From NCBI GenBank assembly GCA_002811645.1, contig PDIP01000005.1, positions 73,198-137,197 of the forward strand: a stretch of 64,000 nt of DNA, read 5' to 3'. The translations under genes and the position numbers were made by a program. The notes beneath the pieces were generated by a model. The model did not search any database. It had not been told where the DNA came from and worked only from the letters and a program-made list of their open reading frames with translations. Below are positions 1 through 11,563 of the stretch, in pieces. Origin of the DNA: Corallochytrium limacisporum Hawaii. Its lineage: Eukaryota > Protista > Pluriformea. The first letter of the stretch is position 1; each line of letters starts with the position of its first letter.

Positions 1-578
1 TGAAATATTTGTGCATGATTGTTAAAAAGAGCAAAATATAATGAAATAGAATAGAATCAATATAAATTATTATACAATCAAGATTGAAAAAATCCTCGGG
101 AGTCAAGTTTTTCGGAGTTTTGACCCTGACATACCAGACAGAGGGTGGTATCGGCACCGGTACATGGCATGAGTTCCTACCTATCATTGGCCCTCTCGTC
201 GACCGAAGGAAAAAAGCCATTCGCCCAGTGCGTCCCCTGCCCTCTAATTTTTCAGGATCCGGAACTTCAGGGGTATGGCAACCCCCCGGTCCCTGCTCTG
301 TCCTCCATAGTCAAACAATGGGGGATAGCCCCGCCCCCTTGGGGAAGAACACCATTTGACGACATCGACTTCGGGGTACATTGCACTGTGACAGTAATTC
401 AGAGGCTTGTTTTGTTTTGATATCTCATGTACATTCTACCTGCTCTGGAGTCACATGTCACCTTTCGGGTTCAAAAAGAAACCTAGGTCGTATAGACTGG
501 CAGGTGTTTCTTCGACGCCGTTTCCCTCATCTTTCGGAAGAAGAACATAGATCAGGTCAAGGAGTCAGTCCTTTCAAA

Positions 579-2027
579 ATGGGTATTCTTAGACGATTGT
601 CGTCGAAAAACAAATCCAAGGGCTCCAAAGAGAGTGTTGCTTCGTCTGCGGAGACGGGATCAGTAAAAGGAAGCAATCAGAGCATAGCTTCCAACTCTGA
701 CTCGAAAGCACGTTCAGCAGACATAACCAACGGTAGCCGGACATCTCAAAAGGACCCCCGGCGGTCTAAGAACGATCAGAAAGCCAACCCATCTACTACG
801 CAGGTCAAAGATACCTCTGCAGCCAACTCCTTTCCCGAGCCTCAGGAGAAACCAGTCGTGCCGACCGTTGCTAAGCCCAAAAAGCCAAGCGTCCAGAAGG
901 AGCCCGTTTCCGTCGCAGCACCTGCAGCAGGTCCCACTGTCCCTGATATCACAGTAAGTAGTCAGCAGCAGACTACTCAATCAGAGAAGGCATTAGCAAC
1001 TAAGAGCGACGCTGCACCTGCCCCTACGCCCGCCGTTGTTCCAGAACAGAAGAGAAAGGGGAAGAAGCAGAACAACACGACGAAACCTGCTGCTGAACCC
1101 AAGCAAGACAATACGACGAAACCTGCTGCTGAATCCGAGAAGTCTAAAGAGCCTGTGGTGAAGCAAGCGGCGAGTGCGGTATCTGAAAAGGTTTCCAAGG
1201 AAGCAGCGACAGCGGCAAGTCCAGTGGTTCCTACAGAAATCGAATCAAAGAAGGCGGAAGAAGCTGCTCACATCACCACCACCGTACCAGAAACTTCAAA
1301 GGAGAAAGACGAAGAGATGGGCGCCACCATCAGCGTCGGTAGCATGAATTGCGCTCTCTACGACGGAGTCGATTCCGAGGGAAAGAAACACAACAAGTTT
1401 GATTTGTTGGCCAAAATTATTGCTTCTGTCGATGTCTGCTGTCTGCAAGAGGTCTTCGACTACGACTACTGCCAGCAGCTGGCCAATCGTCTTCCAGACC
1501 ACTACAACTATTTCAAGAGTGAGGAAGGAAGGTCAGAGGGTGTTGCTATCTTCTCAAAGTACCCAATTGATGAGGTTAACACTTGCGTGCTCAACGAAGA
1601 TGGATTCCGACGGGTTGCTCTTCAGGTCCAATCCAATGGTATCTGGTTTGTGAACGTGCACCTTGACCATGAGAACCCGGAAAAGCGTGAGCGTCAGTTG
1701 AAGCGCCTTGTTGGTAGTTTGAAGGGACTGCAACCCGTGCGGTACGTGATCGCTGGGGACTTCAATGACTCTTGCCGGGAAGACGACATTGATCGCATCC
1801 TCTACCACGAACAGGACCTTAAACTGTGCAATCTGACTCGTCCTGCCCACCTCGAGACCTTTATGAAGATCAAGGAACATAAGCGTGAGATGTACACCAA
1901 ACAAATTGACCACATCTTTGCCAACGAAGGAGCCTCTATCTCCGATGTTCAAGCCCATCCGTGGTACTTTGGCGATGGCGACTACCTCAGCGATCACAAG
2001 TTTTTGAGTGCCCGAGTCAAGATCTGA
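579..2027 (+). CDS. Endonuclease/exonuclease/phosphatase (EEP) family protein with a long low-complexity N-terminus
   Basis: EEP motifs SMNC, LQEV, NVHLD, AGDFND, IDHIF and SDH in the C-terminal ~230 aa. First good ATG at 579 (MGILRRLSS). Confidence 0.85.
   Translation: MGILRRLSSKNKSKGSKESVASSAETGSVKGSNQSIASNSDSKARSADITNGSRTSQKDPRRSKNDQKANPSTTQVKDTSAANSFPEPQEKPVVPTVAKPKKPSVQKEPVSVAAPAAGPTVPDITVSSQQQTTQSEKALATKSDAAPAPTPAVVPEQKRKGKKQNNTTKPAAEPKQDNTTKPAAESEKSKEPVVKQAASAVSEKVSKEAATAASPVVPTEIESKKAEEAAHITTTVPETSKEKDEEMGATISVGSMNCALYDGVDSEGKKHNKFDLLAKIIASVDVCCLQEVFDYDYCQQLANRLPDHYNYFKSEEGRSEGVAIFSKYPIDEVNTCVLNEDGFRRVALQVQSNGIWFVNVHLDHENPEKRERQLKRLVGSLKGLQPVRYVIAGDFNDSCREDDIDRILYHEQDLKLCNLTRPAHLETFMKIKEHKREMYTKQIDHIFANEGASISDVQAHPWYFGDGDYLSDHKFLSARVKI
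1065..1136 (+). repeat. 36-bp in-frame tandem duplication (KQNNTTKPAAEP / KQDNTTKPAAES)
   Basis: Two adjacent near-identical 36-mers starting at 1065 and 1101. Confidence 0.9.
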
Positions 2028-2171
2028 ATGGATTTTCTTATCTTCGCTTTTGTTGGTTGTAGAATATACATTTACTATGGAAAATACTTGTTGCCAAGTT
2101 TTCATCATATAGCTTGAACAGCCTAGAATCTATTTTGAATCAATTGCTAATCTATTTAATCCATCTTAAAT

Positions 2172-3359
2172 TTACATACGGGGCTTCACAAATTCTTTCG
2201 ATTCCAGCCAACTCACTGTACTCTTATAGCCGTGTTCAAAGATTTCTTTGTACACCTGGCGATTCTTCGGGGGCACATAACCCCAGCGAGCGGGTACCGT
2301 GGCAGGAGGCTTAATGTTTAGCTCATCAACTTGCTTTACACCAATTTGCACAATTCCCTCATCAAGAGCTTCCTGAGGGATGACGGGAGTACCAATCGCA
2401 CCATCGATTAGGTACTCGCCATTGTGCACCTTGGGTTTACCCATGATGACAGGAATGCGACAGCTGGACGCAACAGCGGTGAGCATCTCGTCCTGGCTCT
2501 GGAAACCAGTAAGAATTTTGTGTTCAAGCTTGTGAATATGCAGGCGGTTCACGGCAACATGCAGACGAGTCGCAAAGTCGCTGCGCTTCTCTTCATAAAC
2601 CTTCTCCTCCATCAAGAAAACTGCAATACTCTGTTTAAGGAGGTCCTTGGTTTTCACTAAGCCTCGATAGCCGCGACGAAACACTTCATCATGGCTTTCC
2701 ATGGCGAAAGCAGCCACAGACGTCCAGTCGGCTTGAACAATGAGACCGGCTGCTGCTAAGCTACCCGCACTTGCACCATAGAGATGGGTATCGTTTCGGA
2801 CCATTCCAAAGTCTTGCAGCGCGCAGCATACATCCCAGTGGTAGATCATCAGCCAGCCAGCTCCACGGAAATAGTATCGAGAAGGGTACTGCAGTCGTCC
2901 GGTGGCAAATCCTTCCTCGTCCTTCTCAAACGCCTCTTGGAAGCGCTTGCGCACGTCGTTGAAGAAGATCTTGTCTGTTTCTCCCTGAAACGGGGCCGGT
3001 TGCACCTGAGAAGTCACTGAAATGCGCCCATTGGCCACATTTTCACTTTCACCATCACCATCTGAGTCGGATAGGGTAGATGCGTCAGAGCTACTTCCTG
3101 ACAGATCCGGGCAGTCCTCTTCCGCTTCTCCGTTGGTTTCGTAGTCCACAGCGTCCTTGCTGCCGGACCGTGGCCGCTCTAATCCCCGTGTAAGCCGAAG
3201 TAGAGGCTTGCCAGCCTGTTTGAGATGTTGAACAGGGTTAACTGAGGCTTTGTAAGCCAGAAAGTCCCTGTACCGGTTGAGGAAGATTTGCCCCCGCCGA
3301 GGGCTTTCCTGCACCTCCGTTGCTTCTTCCTGTGAGCTCACTACTTCAACCTCTGTCAT
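2172..3359 (-). CDS. Patatin-like phospholipase/lipase (PNPLA family)
   Basis: GAGW oxyanion loop, GASAG nucleophile elbow, SCRIP and DGA catalytic Asp motif. Confidence 0.85.
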   Translation of the reverse strand: MTEVEVVSSQEEATEVQESPRRGQIFLNRYRDFLAYKASVNPVQHLKQAGKPLLRLTRGLERPRSGSKDAVDYETNGEAEEDCPDLSGSSSDASTLSDSDGDGESENVANGRISVTSQVQPAPFQGETDKIFFNDVRKRFQEAFEKDEEGFATGRLQYPSRYYFRGAGWLMIYHWDVCCALQDFGMVRNDTHLYGASAGSLAAAGLIVQADWTSVAAFAMESHDEVFRRGYRGLVKTKDLLKQSIAVFLMEEKVYEEKRSDFATRLHVAVNRLHIHKLEHKILTGFQSQDEMLTAVASSCRIPVIMGKPKVHNGEYLIDGAIGTPVIPQEALDEGIVQIGVKQVDELNIKPPATVPARWGYVPPKNRQVYKEIFEHGYKSTVSWLESKEFVKPRM

Positions 3360-3525
3360 TTTTCTGTGTCATTCTAACTTTCTAGATATCTAAAACACGG
3401 CCCGAAGTATTTCAGATTCCGTGAGCACTTGGCCGTGCGTGTTCTTTATCCTCTGGGTACTGTACAAACGCTGCATATACTTCAATCCCTTAAGAATTTC
3501 ATATGGTCGTGGCTATCCCTCTTTC

Positions 3526-3820
3526 ATACCACTGACTAGCCACGCCGGTCGATCTATACGCACCGTACAATCCTGACGATTGCCTATGACGCCTTCTTAG
3601 CCCAGAGCTAGAAAGTATGTTCAGACATATGTTGGGTCCGTTGGCTGTCCGCGGCCTCTACGAGTAGACCCTACACGCTACTCCAGATCTGGCGCGTAGC
3701 GGCGGGCTCCTAGAAGTGCGCGACTCTTGCTCGAGGTCTACAACTCGTCCTCTTACGTCTGACATGTGAAGGCCTTTCCCCGCCCACACCTGTGATTCCG
3801 TTTCGGCGGGGTAGTGGGAT
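3526..3820 (-). ncRNA. Candidate structured RNA element, family unassigned
   Basis: About eight mutually compatible helices found by eye, including end-to-end pairing of 3526-3536 with 3811-3820. Several mismatches read as G-U pairs only on the minus strand. No convincing ORF. Confidence 0.35.
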
Positions 3821-6540
3821 CAATGTGACAGAAAGACTGGTACCTCTTGAATAAACCTGAACAATTCTATACGTAATATACTGCTTTATTTTTTCACACA
3901 CAAATATTGCGATTCTAGTAGACCTTAACCCAAAAATGGTAGCCGTGGCCCCGCACAGCTTCTCGGTACACTTTTCAACTAGGAGACAGATGGGGACAAA
4001 AAGAAATGACCTACCGGAAATTCATTCACTCTACTAGCCTCATAAAGCTCCCGTATATTCACACAAACCACGTACAGGGGAAGATCGAGTGTGGGGACGA
4101 GAAGGCGAGGAAGAAAAAAAAAATAAGATTTTTCTATTATCTCCCCTCTATAACTCTCACACTGTAGGTGGTGCTACATGCCGTGTGCAAATTAAAGGAA
4201 GACAGGTCAGGCCATTCCATGCTGGGAGAATTCGGACGCAAATATCCAGCCGACAACCGCAGAGTCAGGTGTCGTCCCCACCCCCCCCCCGGGCTATGGC
4301 AAGAGACCGTGAACTGCTCAGTTGTACAGAACTAAAAGTCATCGATTTGTCCTCAACCCACCGCCCCCACCGCCCCCGGCTCCGCGCGGCCCCGGGGGGA
4401 GGGGGGGCCGCAAGGGAAAGCAGAGGTGCGTGGCACTGGCATATGGAATGGGAAGCGTTCTGAACTCTGTGGCAACCCAGCTGTTCACGGGGGGAGAGCC
4501 ACAATATCTGAAGTGTCAACTCTAGTTTAGAATTGGGTACCGGCCGGTAGAGAATCGCCTGTCTCTGGCAGGGACCAGCTCACCCGGGAGCATCGTTTCC
4601 CAAACCTTACGTCCGTTGAGGTCTTACTGCGATATTAAATGAGCAGCAGAGCAGCATGGCTGCTATGCGTGTCCGCTACATATGTGCGTATTAGTGTTTC
4701 GTAGCATCCAAATACAAGTCTGCGTAGGTGAGATTCAAGGCTCTATCACTGTGTCCATCTTCTTTTTTGGTGATCCAGGTCACTATGAGGATCCATACCT
4801 ATTCTGCTCGTGCCTCTCCTGGTGTTCCTTCACGTGACGCATGTGATGGAGGGAAAACGAGATAGAATGATGAAGCGCATTCCCACTCTTCCTTTAATTA
4901 CTACGCAGATAACCCGCCTTAGCAATTCCTGAACGGTTGCTCATCCTCGGAAGTGTGTACCAAATATTCCACCAGGCATTCCAATCCGTGCAGAGAACTG
5001 CATTAATTCTCCCAGCAGCAGCACCAGCAACGACGGCCAACACACAAAACCCAAAGGCAAGCCACAGCGATCCACACACACACACAAACGCTACAAATGG
5101 TGGTCAATAGAAGATGTCGCCGCAGCCGCCGAAAGGGAAGAGGAACCATGAGGCTCTGGACAGGAACTGTACATGTCTCAGCATGTTGACTCGGAATTAG
5201 TCCAGCATACAACAGGGATAGCCGGTTATCCAAAGAAAACACACAGGAAGGGCGTAGCAAGAAGCGTTGACCACTGAAAATAAACACCGAGGCAGAGAAA
5301 ATCTTCAACATCAGCGCGGAGAACTCTCTCCACGACCGCGTACAGGGAATGACAGGATCCCTTCCGCAATATACCCCTGGAGCTCCTGTTCGTTAGCGGG
5401 TTTTAGTGCACGGAAAACTCAATTCTGTGTCCGTATTGGTATGAAAAAAAAATCATATCACAAGCTGCTCACCAAATTCGTAACCAATGCAGAGAAGAAA
5501 AAAAAACTCCTAAAACAGGGGAATGCAGAGAATGTGGTATCCTCGAAACTGTCAGCTGTTTCCACAAATGGCTAACTCGATCTGAGTGGGTTGGATCGGG
5601 TAAATGCATGAAATACGAAAGAAATACAGCACTGTACAGAGGAAACACTGCCAGAACCCGACAGTGTGCAGCAAGAGTCTGAACTGCCCTGATTGAGCCC
5701 CTGATTGAGAGAAAGCGGTCGGAATGGCTCCACAAGCTGCCGCCTTCTCTGGCCCGGGTGTGACCCTGGCTCGGCCTGAAGCCTCTTTCCTGGAACACAA
5801 GAGTGAAACGTTCTAAAAAAAACTTGCTCGCTTGCCTATTCTCCGTAGATCTAGTATGGCCCGAACAACAAGAGCCCCGCAAGGATTCGGTTGCGGGTTT
5901 TTATGGTCCCTTAGAAAGGTGTGCCAACAGTCTCCGAGAGGGATACAGCTCAGTATTGAATGGCTTGCAGCTCCACAAGTGTTGCCAGCTCAGTAGACAG
6001 GATTTCTTCCAGCCCCTGATAAAGGGTCTGTCTTCCCTTGTACCTGGCCTTCAGATGGTAGCATCTCAGCATTCAGAACACAACAGTCGGAGTGAATACC
6101 GCAGTTCACACATTATGCTCTTTGACGTGGATCCGTTGGGCGTGGACCATGGTGGAGAAACATGATGCAGCGCTCCATCTCGTGTCTGGGCGGCTGATCG
6201 GGCCAAGATACGCCATGGAGACACTTGAGCGCCACGTAGCGTAGCTCTCCCTTCTTTAGTACACTGCAGAGGGAAAGACAGTCAGTCAACCCTGGTGCTC
6301 TACACAGCACTGGAAGTGGTTCGGAAACAAAGTTGGCAAATGGTTATTTGATATACGGAATATTTATATGACTGGTTGTCACGGTTTGCAAAAGAGAGAT
6401 ACTTGATTTCAGGGAGGGAGCAGCACAGTCCGGAAGGGGGCTGGGGCGCCTGTATTCTAGGCTGCCCACGGAGCCAACCTGGGATTCTCCTTCGAGGCTC
6501 CTTGCTGGCAGGTCACACAAAAAAAACCAGGAAACCACCC

Positions 6541-7600
6541 ATGGATATCAGAAGAACTGGCGCAGGGGATGAAGACGACAGCAGCGACCTCAGTGACGAT
6601 ATGCCCATCCTGGACCGCATCCGCAGTATCAAGGCTCTGCGTGATGCTATCATTCGGGAGAAACGCCAGGCTTCTATGGGTCAAGGTACTGCCGCAACTG
6701 ACACTGTTGTGCCCTTTCGAGGACCACGGAATGCAATTAGTAACCTCCCGCAATCAGTGTTGGACGGCAGCAACACATCCGAGGACCAGGGTGATATGCG
6801 CACGGAGACTCCTGGGAATATGCCCATGGCTGGTAAAACCAAAGCCGCCCTCCTGCAGAAAAAGGTGCGGGTAACGAAGAATGAAACAAATGAGGACCAG
6901 TCAGGACACCACTGGCTAAGAAGCTTGTGCAGAGCGGCAGTGGGGTTAAGCCACGGATGCCGGCACCACCTACAACGACGGGAAAGAAATTGGGAGGAGT
7001 CCCACAGGTCAATATCAAGACTAAAACATGGGTGCCACTGCCCGTTGCCAATCTGGTGAATACTGAAGAGGATCACATCATTGTCCCTCAGGCATCCTAT
7101 GACATCGATAGCCTGCCTCTGGATGCCTTTGGGCCCCCCACTGTTGCAAAGTCGGAACCGACACGATCTTGCCGCCTGTGTAGTCGTTCCTTTGCCCTAA
7201 GTCGTGTAGACAAACACGAGGATGCCTGCAAGAAGAGTCAGAAACGGCGCAAGGCTTTCGACGCGACGAAGATGCGTGTCGCAGGCACGGAGGCAGCAGG
7301 GTTTGTGCTGAACCACAGAGGTGGAATCAAGTTGCCCAAGGATGCACCGAACCGAAGAGGAAAGATTGGAAAAAAGACCACGAAGATTTCATTCGCAGTA
7401 TTCGTGCCACCAAGCAGGCCGCTGCCCATCTGATGGCCGGAGGCAGTGTCAAGAACCTGCCACCACCACCACCGATGGATTATTCCGACCTCATTCCTTG
7501 TCCCCACTGCGGCCGAAAGTTCAATGAATCCGCCGCTGAGCGGCACATACCGAAGTGTGCAAATGTCTTGAACCGTCCGAAGCCCTTGAAGCGCCGTTGA
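6541..7600 (+). CDS. C2HC zinc-finger protein (ZC2HC1/FAM164-like), interrupted by two -1 frame changes as assembled
   Basis: Middle frame: CRLCSRSF..RVDKHEDACKK..RKAFDATKMRVAGTE. Final frame (no ORF in the track): KDWKKDHEDFIRSIR..PPPPP..IPCPHCGRKFNESAAERHIPKC, ending at TGA 7598-7600. The 5' segment from ATG 6541 is coding-like but has no recognisable homology. Confidence 0.75.
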
Positions 7601-7754
7601 GGTGTAGAAGGTACGCTCCATTGTGGTTCCGCGAAGTGAGCATTGTCGGAGCACATCAAAAATCGCAATAGACCATGTTTTAAGGCTGCTTTCTTATATG
7701 TATTATACATTGTAAATGAACACATATATGCTGGCAGTACATGTTCCACGTCTC

Positions 7755-8897
7755 TTATGCGGGGAAGAATTGCTTCATGTCGGGTAGAGGACCGGCAGAT
7801 GGTGCAGCACTACGCGCCTGCTGTAGCATGGCAGCATCGGCAATGACTAACGCAGCCATGGACTCAATGATGGGCACAGCACGGGGCACGACGCAAGGGT
7901 CATGACGTCCCTTTGCCGCCAGCACAGTCTCCTCCCCGTCAAAGGTTGTGGTCTCCTGAGCCTGACCGATCGTTGCCGGAGGCTTGAAGGCAACGCGGAA
8001 ATAAATATTTTCACCATTGCTGATACCACCCTGCACGCCGCCACTGTTGTTGGTCTTAGTGCCAAGGAAACCATTGTCCTTCTTCACAAAGCGATCGTTG
8101 TGGATATGACCACGCTGCCGACTACCTTCAAAGCCGGATCCAATCTCAAAGCCCTTGGTAGCAGGGATGCTGAGCATTGCATGGGCTAGAAGAGCCTCTA
8201 GCTTATCAAAAGAAGGTTCACCAAGACCCACTGGCACATTCCGAATCACACAGCTGCAGATGCCACCAATGCTGTCCTTTTCATCGCGGGCTGCTTCAAT
8301 TTGCTTCGTCATTTCATCTGCACTTTCCTTATAGGGACATCGGAGACTGGTCTCATCGACCTGTTTCCGAGTGATTGTCTCACTGAGCTGATGGTCAGTG
8401 CCCTTGGGAATTTCGACGGGTCCGACACTGCTAACCCAGGCCACAATTTCAATGCCATACTTGAATTTGAGCCACTTCTCGGCCACGGCTCCAGCAGCTA
8501 CACGTCCGATCGTTTCGCGAGCACTACTCCGGCCGCCACCACTGCTGGCCTTGATGCCGTATTTGTTCATGTAAGTGTAGTCAGCGTGGCTTGGCCGAGG
8601 GACTTTGCTCATTTCGCCATAGTCGCCTGGGCGTTGGTCCTTGTTGGGCACAAACAGACCGATGGGGGTCCCCAGGGTGAATCCCAATTCGGTACCGCTC
8701 ATGATGGTAACCGTGTCGGATTCATTGCGGGGAGTAGTGAGTGAGCTCTGACCAGGTCTCCTTCGCGTCAATTGAGGTTGAATATCCTCTTCTGTGAGGG
8801 GCATACAAGGGGGCACATTGTCAATAATGCAACCAACACCCTTACAATGGGATTCACCGAACGTGGTGACCCGGAAGTAAGTGCCGAAAGAACTCAT
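7755..8897 (-). CDS. aroC: Chorismate synthase
   Basis: [36 protein letters not shown] and [10 protein letters not shown] signatures. ATG at 8897. Confidence 0.97.
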   Translation of the reverse strand: MSSFGTYFRVTTFGESHCKGVGCIIDNVPPCMPLTEEDIQPQLTRRRPGQSSLTTPRNESDTVTIMSGTELGFTLGTPIGLFVPNKDQRPGDYGEMSKVPRPSHADYTYMNKYGIKASSGGGRSSARETIGRVAAGAVAEKWLKFKYGIEIVAWVSSVGPVEIPKGTDHQLSETITRKQVDETSLRCPYKESADEMTKQIEAARDEKDSIGGICSCVIRNVPVGLGEPSFDKLEALLAHAMLSIPATKGFEIGSGFEGSRQRGHIHNDRFVKKDNGFLGTKTNNSGGVQGGISNGENIYFRVAFKPPATIGQAQETTTFDGEETVLAAKGRHDPCVVPRAVPIIESMAALVIADAAMLQQARSAAPSAGPLPDMKQFFPA

Positions 8898-10559
8898 GGT
8901 TAGAATCAAGATATACACGTATGGTAAATTGAAAGATTGTGTTGACAGATGTCCTAGTTCTACCCTTCTAGTAGCCGGTACTTCATCTTACGAATCAAAG
9001 GAAAGACCAATGCGCCACGTTCTAGTATGGCTGGCTCGCACCCGTGGCAATTTAATCAATCCGCTGGCTTTGCTACCGCAGCAGGGCTAACCATGGGGCC
9101 GTTATCATTCATCAACAACCCATACTGAATGTATTGCAATGGTGAACGATACTTGTGTTTGTTAGCCAAACCCTCACCGCCGACTGTGATCTGCCGCTGC
9201 ATTGGGCACCTCAAGCCCTTCTGTCCCGCTGAGTCAAACACTCGAGAGTTCGCAGTTCACAGAAGCCCTTCCCTGCCGGGTTGGATACGCGGGTGGCTTA
9301 CGCAGAAACGAGATGCTGCTGTGGCACATGGGGGGGTGTGGGGTCGGGGGCAAATGAGAAGGTCGAGAAGGGGGGCGAATTCCAATGAGTTCTATAGTGA
9401 AACAGTGGATGCGGGTGGAGGCCGCAAGATCCCAAAGGACTGGTGGCCTTTTCCTACAAACAAATGGTCCGCTTCACGTCAGCAAAGCGCCACCAGCATT
9501 GACTTCGCCTGTGGGGATCATCAGCAATACAGCACCACAGACAGCGCTGGAAGAGAAGGAGCACATAAGGACCATGGACAAGAAGTGGAGTACCTAGGTT
9601 TCTTACACTGTGGTGGTGGTGCATTTTCACACACCGTCTGGGCTCCAGCATAGAAGACACCCATGGCCACCACAACAGCGCTGGCTGTAGGGATTGAGCA
9701 CATCCGTGATAGCCACGCACAGCCAAGATAAACAAAGAAGCACCGTTCATGTGGACATTACATTCGCGTACGATCTGCAAGTAGAATAAAGGTCATGTCC
9801 ATGGTAGTCAGCGACAGCGGGAAGCCTCAACCTCCTTGTGGAACATCACATGTAAGTATTCCGAGTGGACCCGTTCCCAACACTCATCTCTTGACCTATG
9901 CCGCATACGCAGTGTGCAATGACATCAAGATGTCATGATGTACGCTCGCATCATGTTCATCATCACGATATTCTGTCTTGCAACCCTTGTTCAGACAAGA
10001 GTAATCAACAGAGCAGTTGATCGTATACTTCGCCTTGATCACGGACCCTCACAGTGGTTCTCCGTTCGTCTCCTTCTGGACGGTCGCGGTTCACCCGACC
10101 TACCCTCTCACCTGAAAACAGTGTGAACTCTTTCGTGTAATCCCTCTGTCCAAGTTTTCTGTTGGAAATGCAAATGTGAGCCTACGGCCAATGCCTCCCC
10201 CCCACTGATTGGTGTGAGTGTGAGTTGCGGCGCGACTGGGCGAACGAGATCTACACGGTGGCGAAAACAGTAACGGGCGGTTCGGCGATAAGGGCGGGTG
10301 TATTGGTTGGGGTTGTGGCCATGACGTTCATAAGGTGCAGTTTGGGAATATACTTTGGAACCAGTGATAAGCATAAGACAGTTCTGGTGGCAGGTACTCG
10401 GACTTCCTGGCCTGTGCAATAAAAATAGACAGATAGCCTATGTGGAACTCTAGCAATGATTCTGTTAGATGGCACGCGGAACGCTTCAACCGAAGAAGAA
10501 TGTAATTTTCTTGTCGTGGAAAATTTACGATAAATAAAACCAAACGGTGGGCAGCAACC

Positions 10560-11435
10560 ATGGCCTTGGCGGAGCTAGTGACCATGTGCGTGGCCATGCT
10601 TATCGGCAGCTATGTTGTCGGTGTCATACCGTTGTGCCTCACCATCGGCCAGGACAAATTAAAATCACTGACGTCGTGGGGTACGGGAGTACTGATCGGC
10701 ACAGCGTTTGCTGTTATTATTCCTGAGGCCTTAGCAGTATTGCAGGGTGACGACGCCGGGCACACCCACAACTCTCCTGGTGGCACTTTTCAGGCAGTGG
10801 AGTGGTTCGCTGTTGGTGGTGCGGGAGGCGAAGGCAAGAATGTGGAGGGCTTGGAAGCTCACGCAAGTAAAGCAGGACACAGTGCCATCGGAATGTCTTT
10901 AATCCTTGGATTCCTCATGATGCTCTACATTGATGTCCTCTTCGGGAATCCTCACGAATCGGAGGTGAAGAGCGGGACTATCGCTGTCATTGGCCTGATT
11001 GTACATGCAGCTGCGGATGGCCTCGCCCTTGGAGTGGCGTCTCAGGTCGAACAGTCGACCATGGAGCTCTTTGTATTTTTCGCAATTATGATGCACAAGG
11101 GACCGGCGGCATTGGGACTGACAACAACGTTAATGATGCATAATTTGGGTGAGAAGGCAATCAAATACTATTTGGTACTATTCTCGTCCGCAGCACCCGC
11201 CTCTGCCATTGCAACATATTCATTGTGCCAAGTTTTGGAGCAGGACTTTTTAGATTCTAGTGATTTCGTCGGTTTAGCTCTTCTATTTTCGGCGGGGACA
11301 TTTATCTATGTTGCGGCAGTGCACGTTCTACCTGAAGTGCTTCATGATGATTCGCAACGATCCAAAGCTACACTCGCATTCATCACTGCAGGCGCGATGC
11401 TGCCCGTCGCATTTTCATCAATGCATGTACATTAA
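10560..11435 (+). CDS. SLC39A9: ZIP-family metal transporter, ZIP9/ATX2 type
   Basis: GTAFAVIIPE, GLIVHAAADGLALG, AIMMHKGPAALGL and LFSAGTFIYVA motifs; multiple TM helices. Confidence 0.88.
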   Translation: MALAELVTMCVAMLIGSYVVGVIPLCLTIGQDKLKSLTSWGTGVLIGTAFAVIIPEALAVLQGDDAGHTHNSPGGTFQAVEWFAVGGAGGEGKNVEGLEAHASKAGHSAIGMSLILGFLMMLYIDVLFGNPHESEVKSGTIAVIGLIVHAAADGLALGVASQVEQSTMELFVFFAIMMHKGPAALGLTTTLMMHNLGEKAIKYYLVLFSSAAPASAIATYSLCQVLEQDFLDSSDFVGLALLFSAGTFIYVAAVHVLPEVLHDDSQRSKATLAFITAGAMLPVAFSSMHVH

Positions 11436-11563
11436 TACAGACCCCTGATTTCTTTAAATTGAATTTTCTTTTTTAAGCTCTACTGAATTGAATTCAAAAA
11501 AAAAAACAACATAGCCACACAAAGTACTGTTAAGAATAGTGTAATTTGAGAATGTTTGCAGTA

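Noticed and set aside
3573-3614. Hammerhead ribozyme core (CTGACGA...GAAA)
   Set aside because: Stem II does not close next to the core, and stems I and III were not found.
3591-3773. Telomerase RNA CR4/5-like three-way junction
   Set aside because: No CTAACCCTAA-type template upstream on the same strand, and the small hairpin loop lacks the conserved U.
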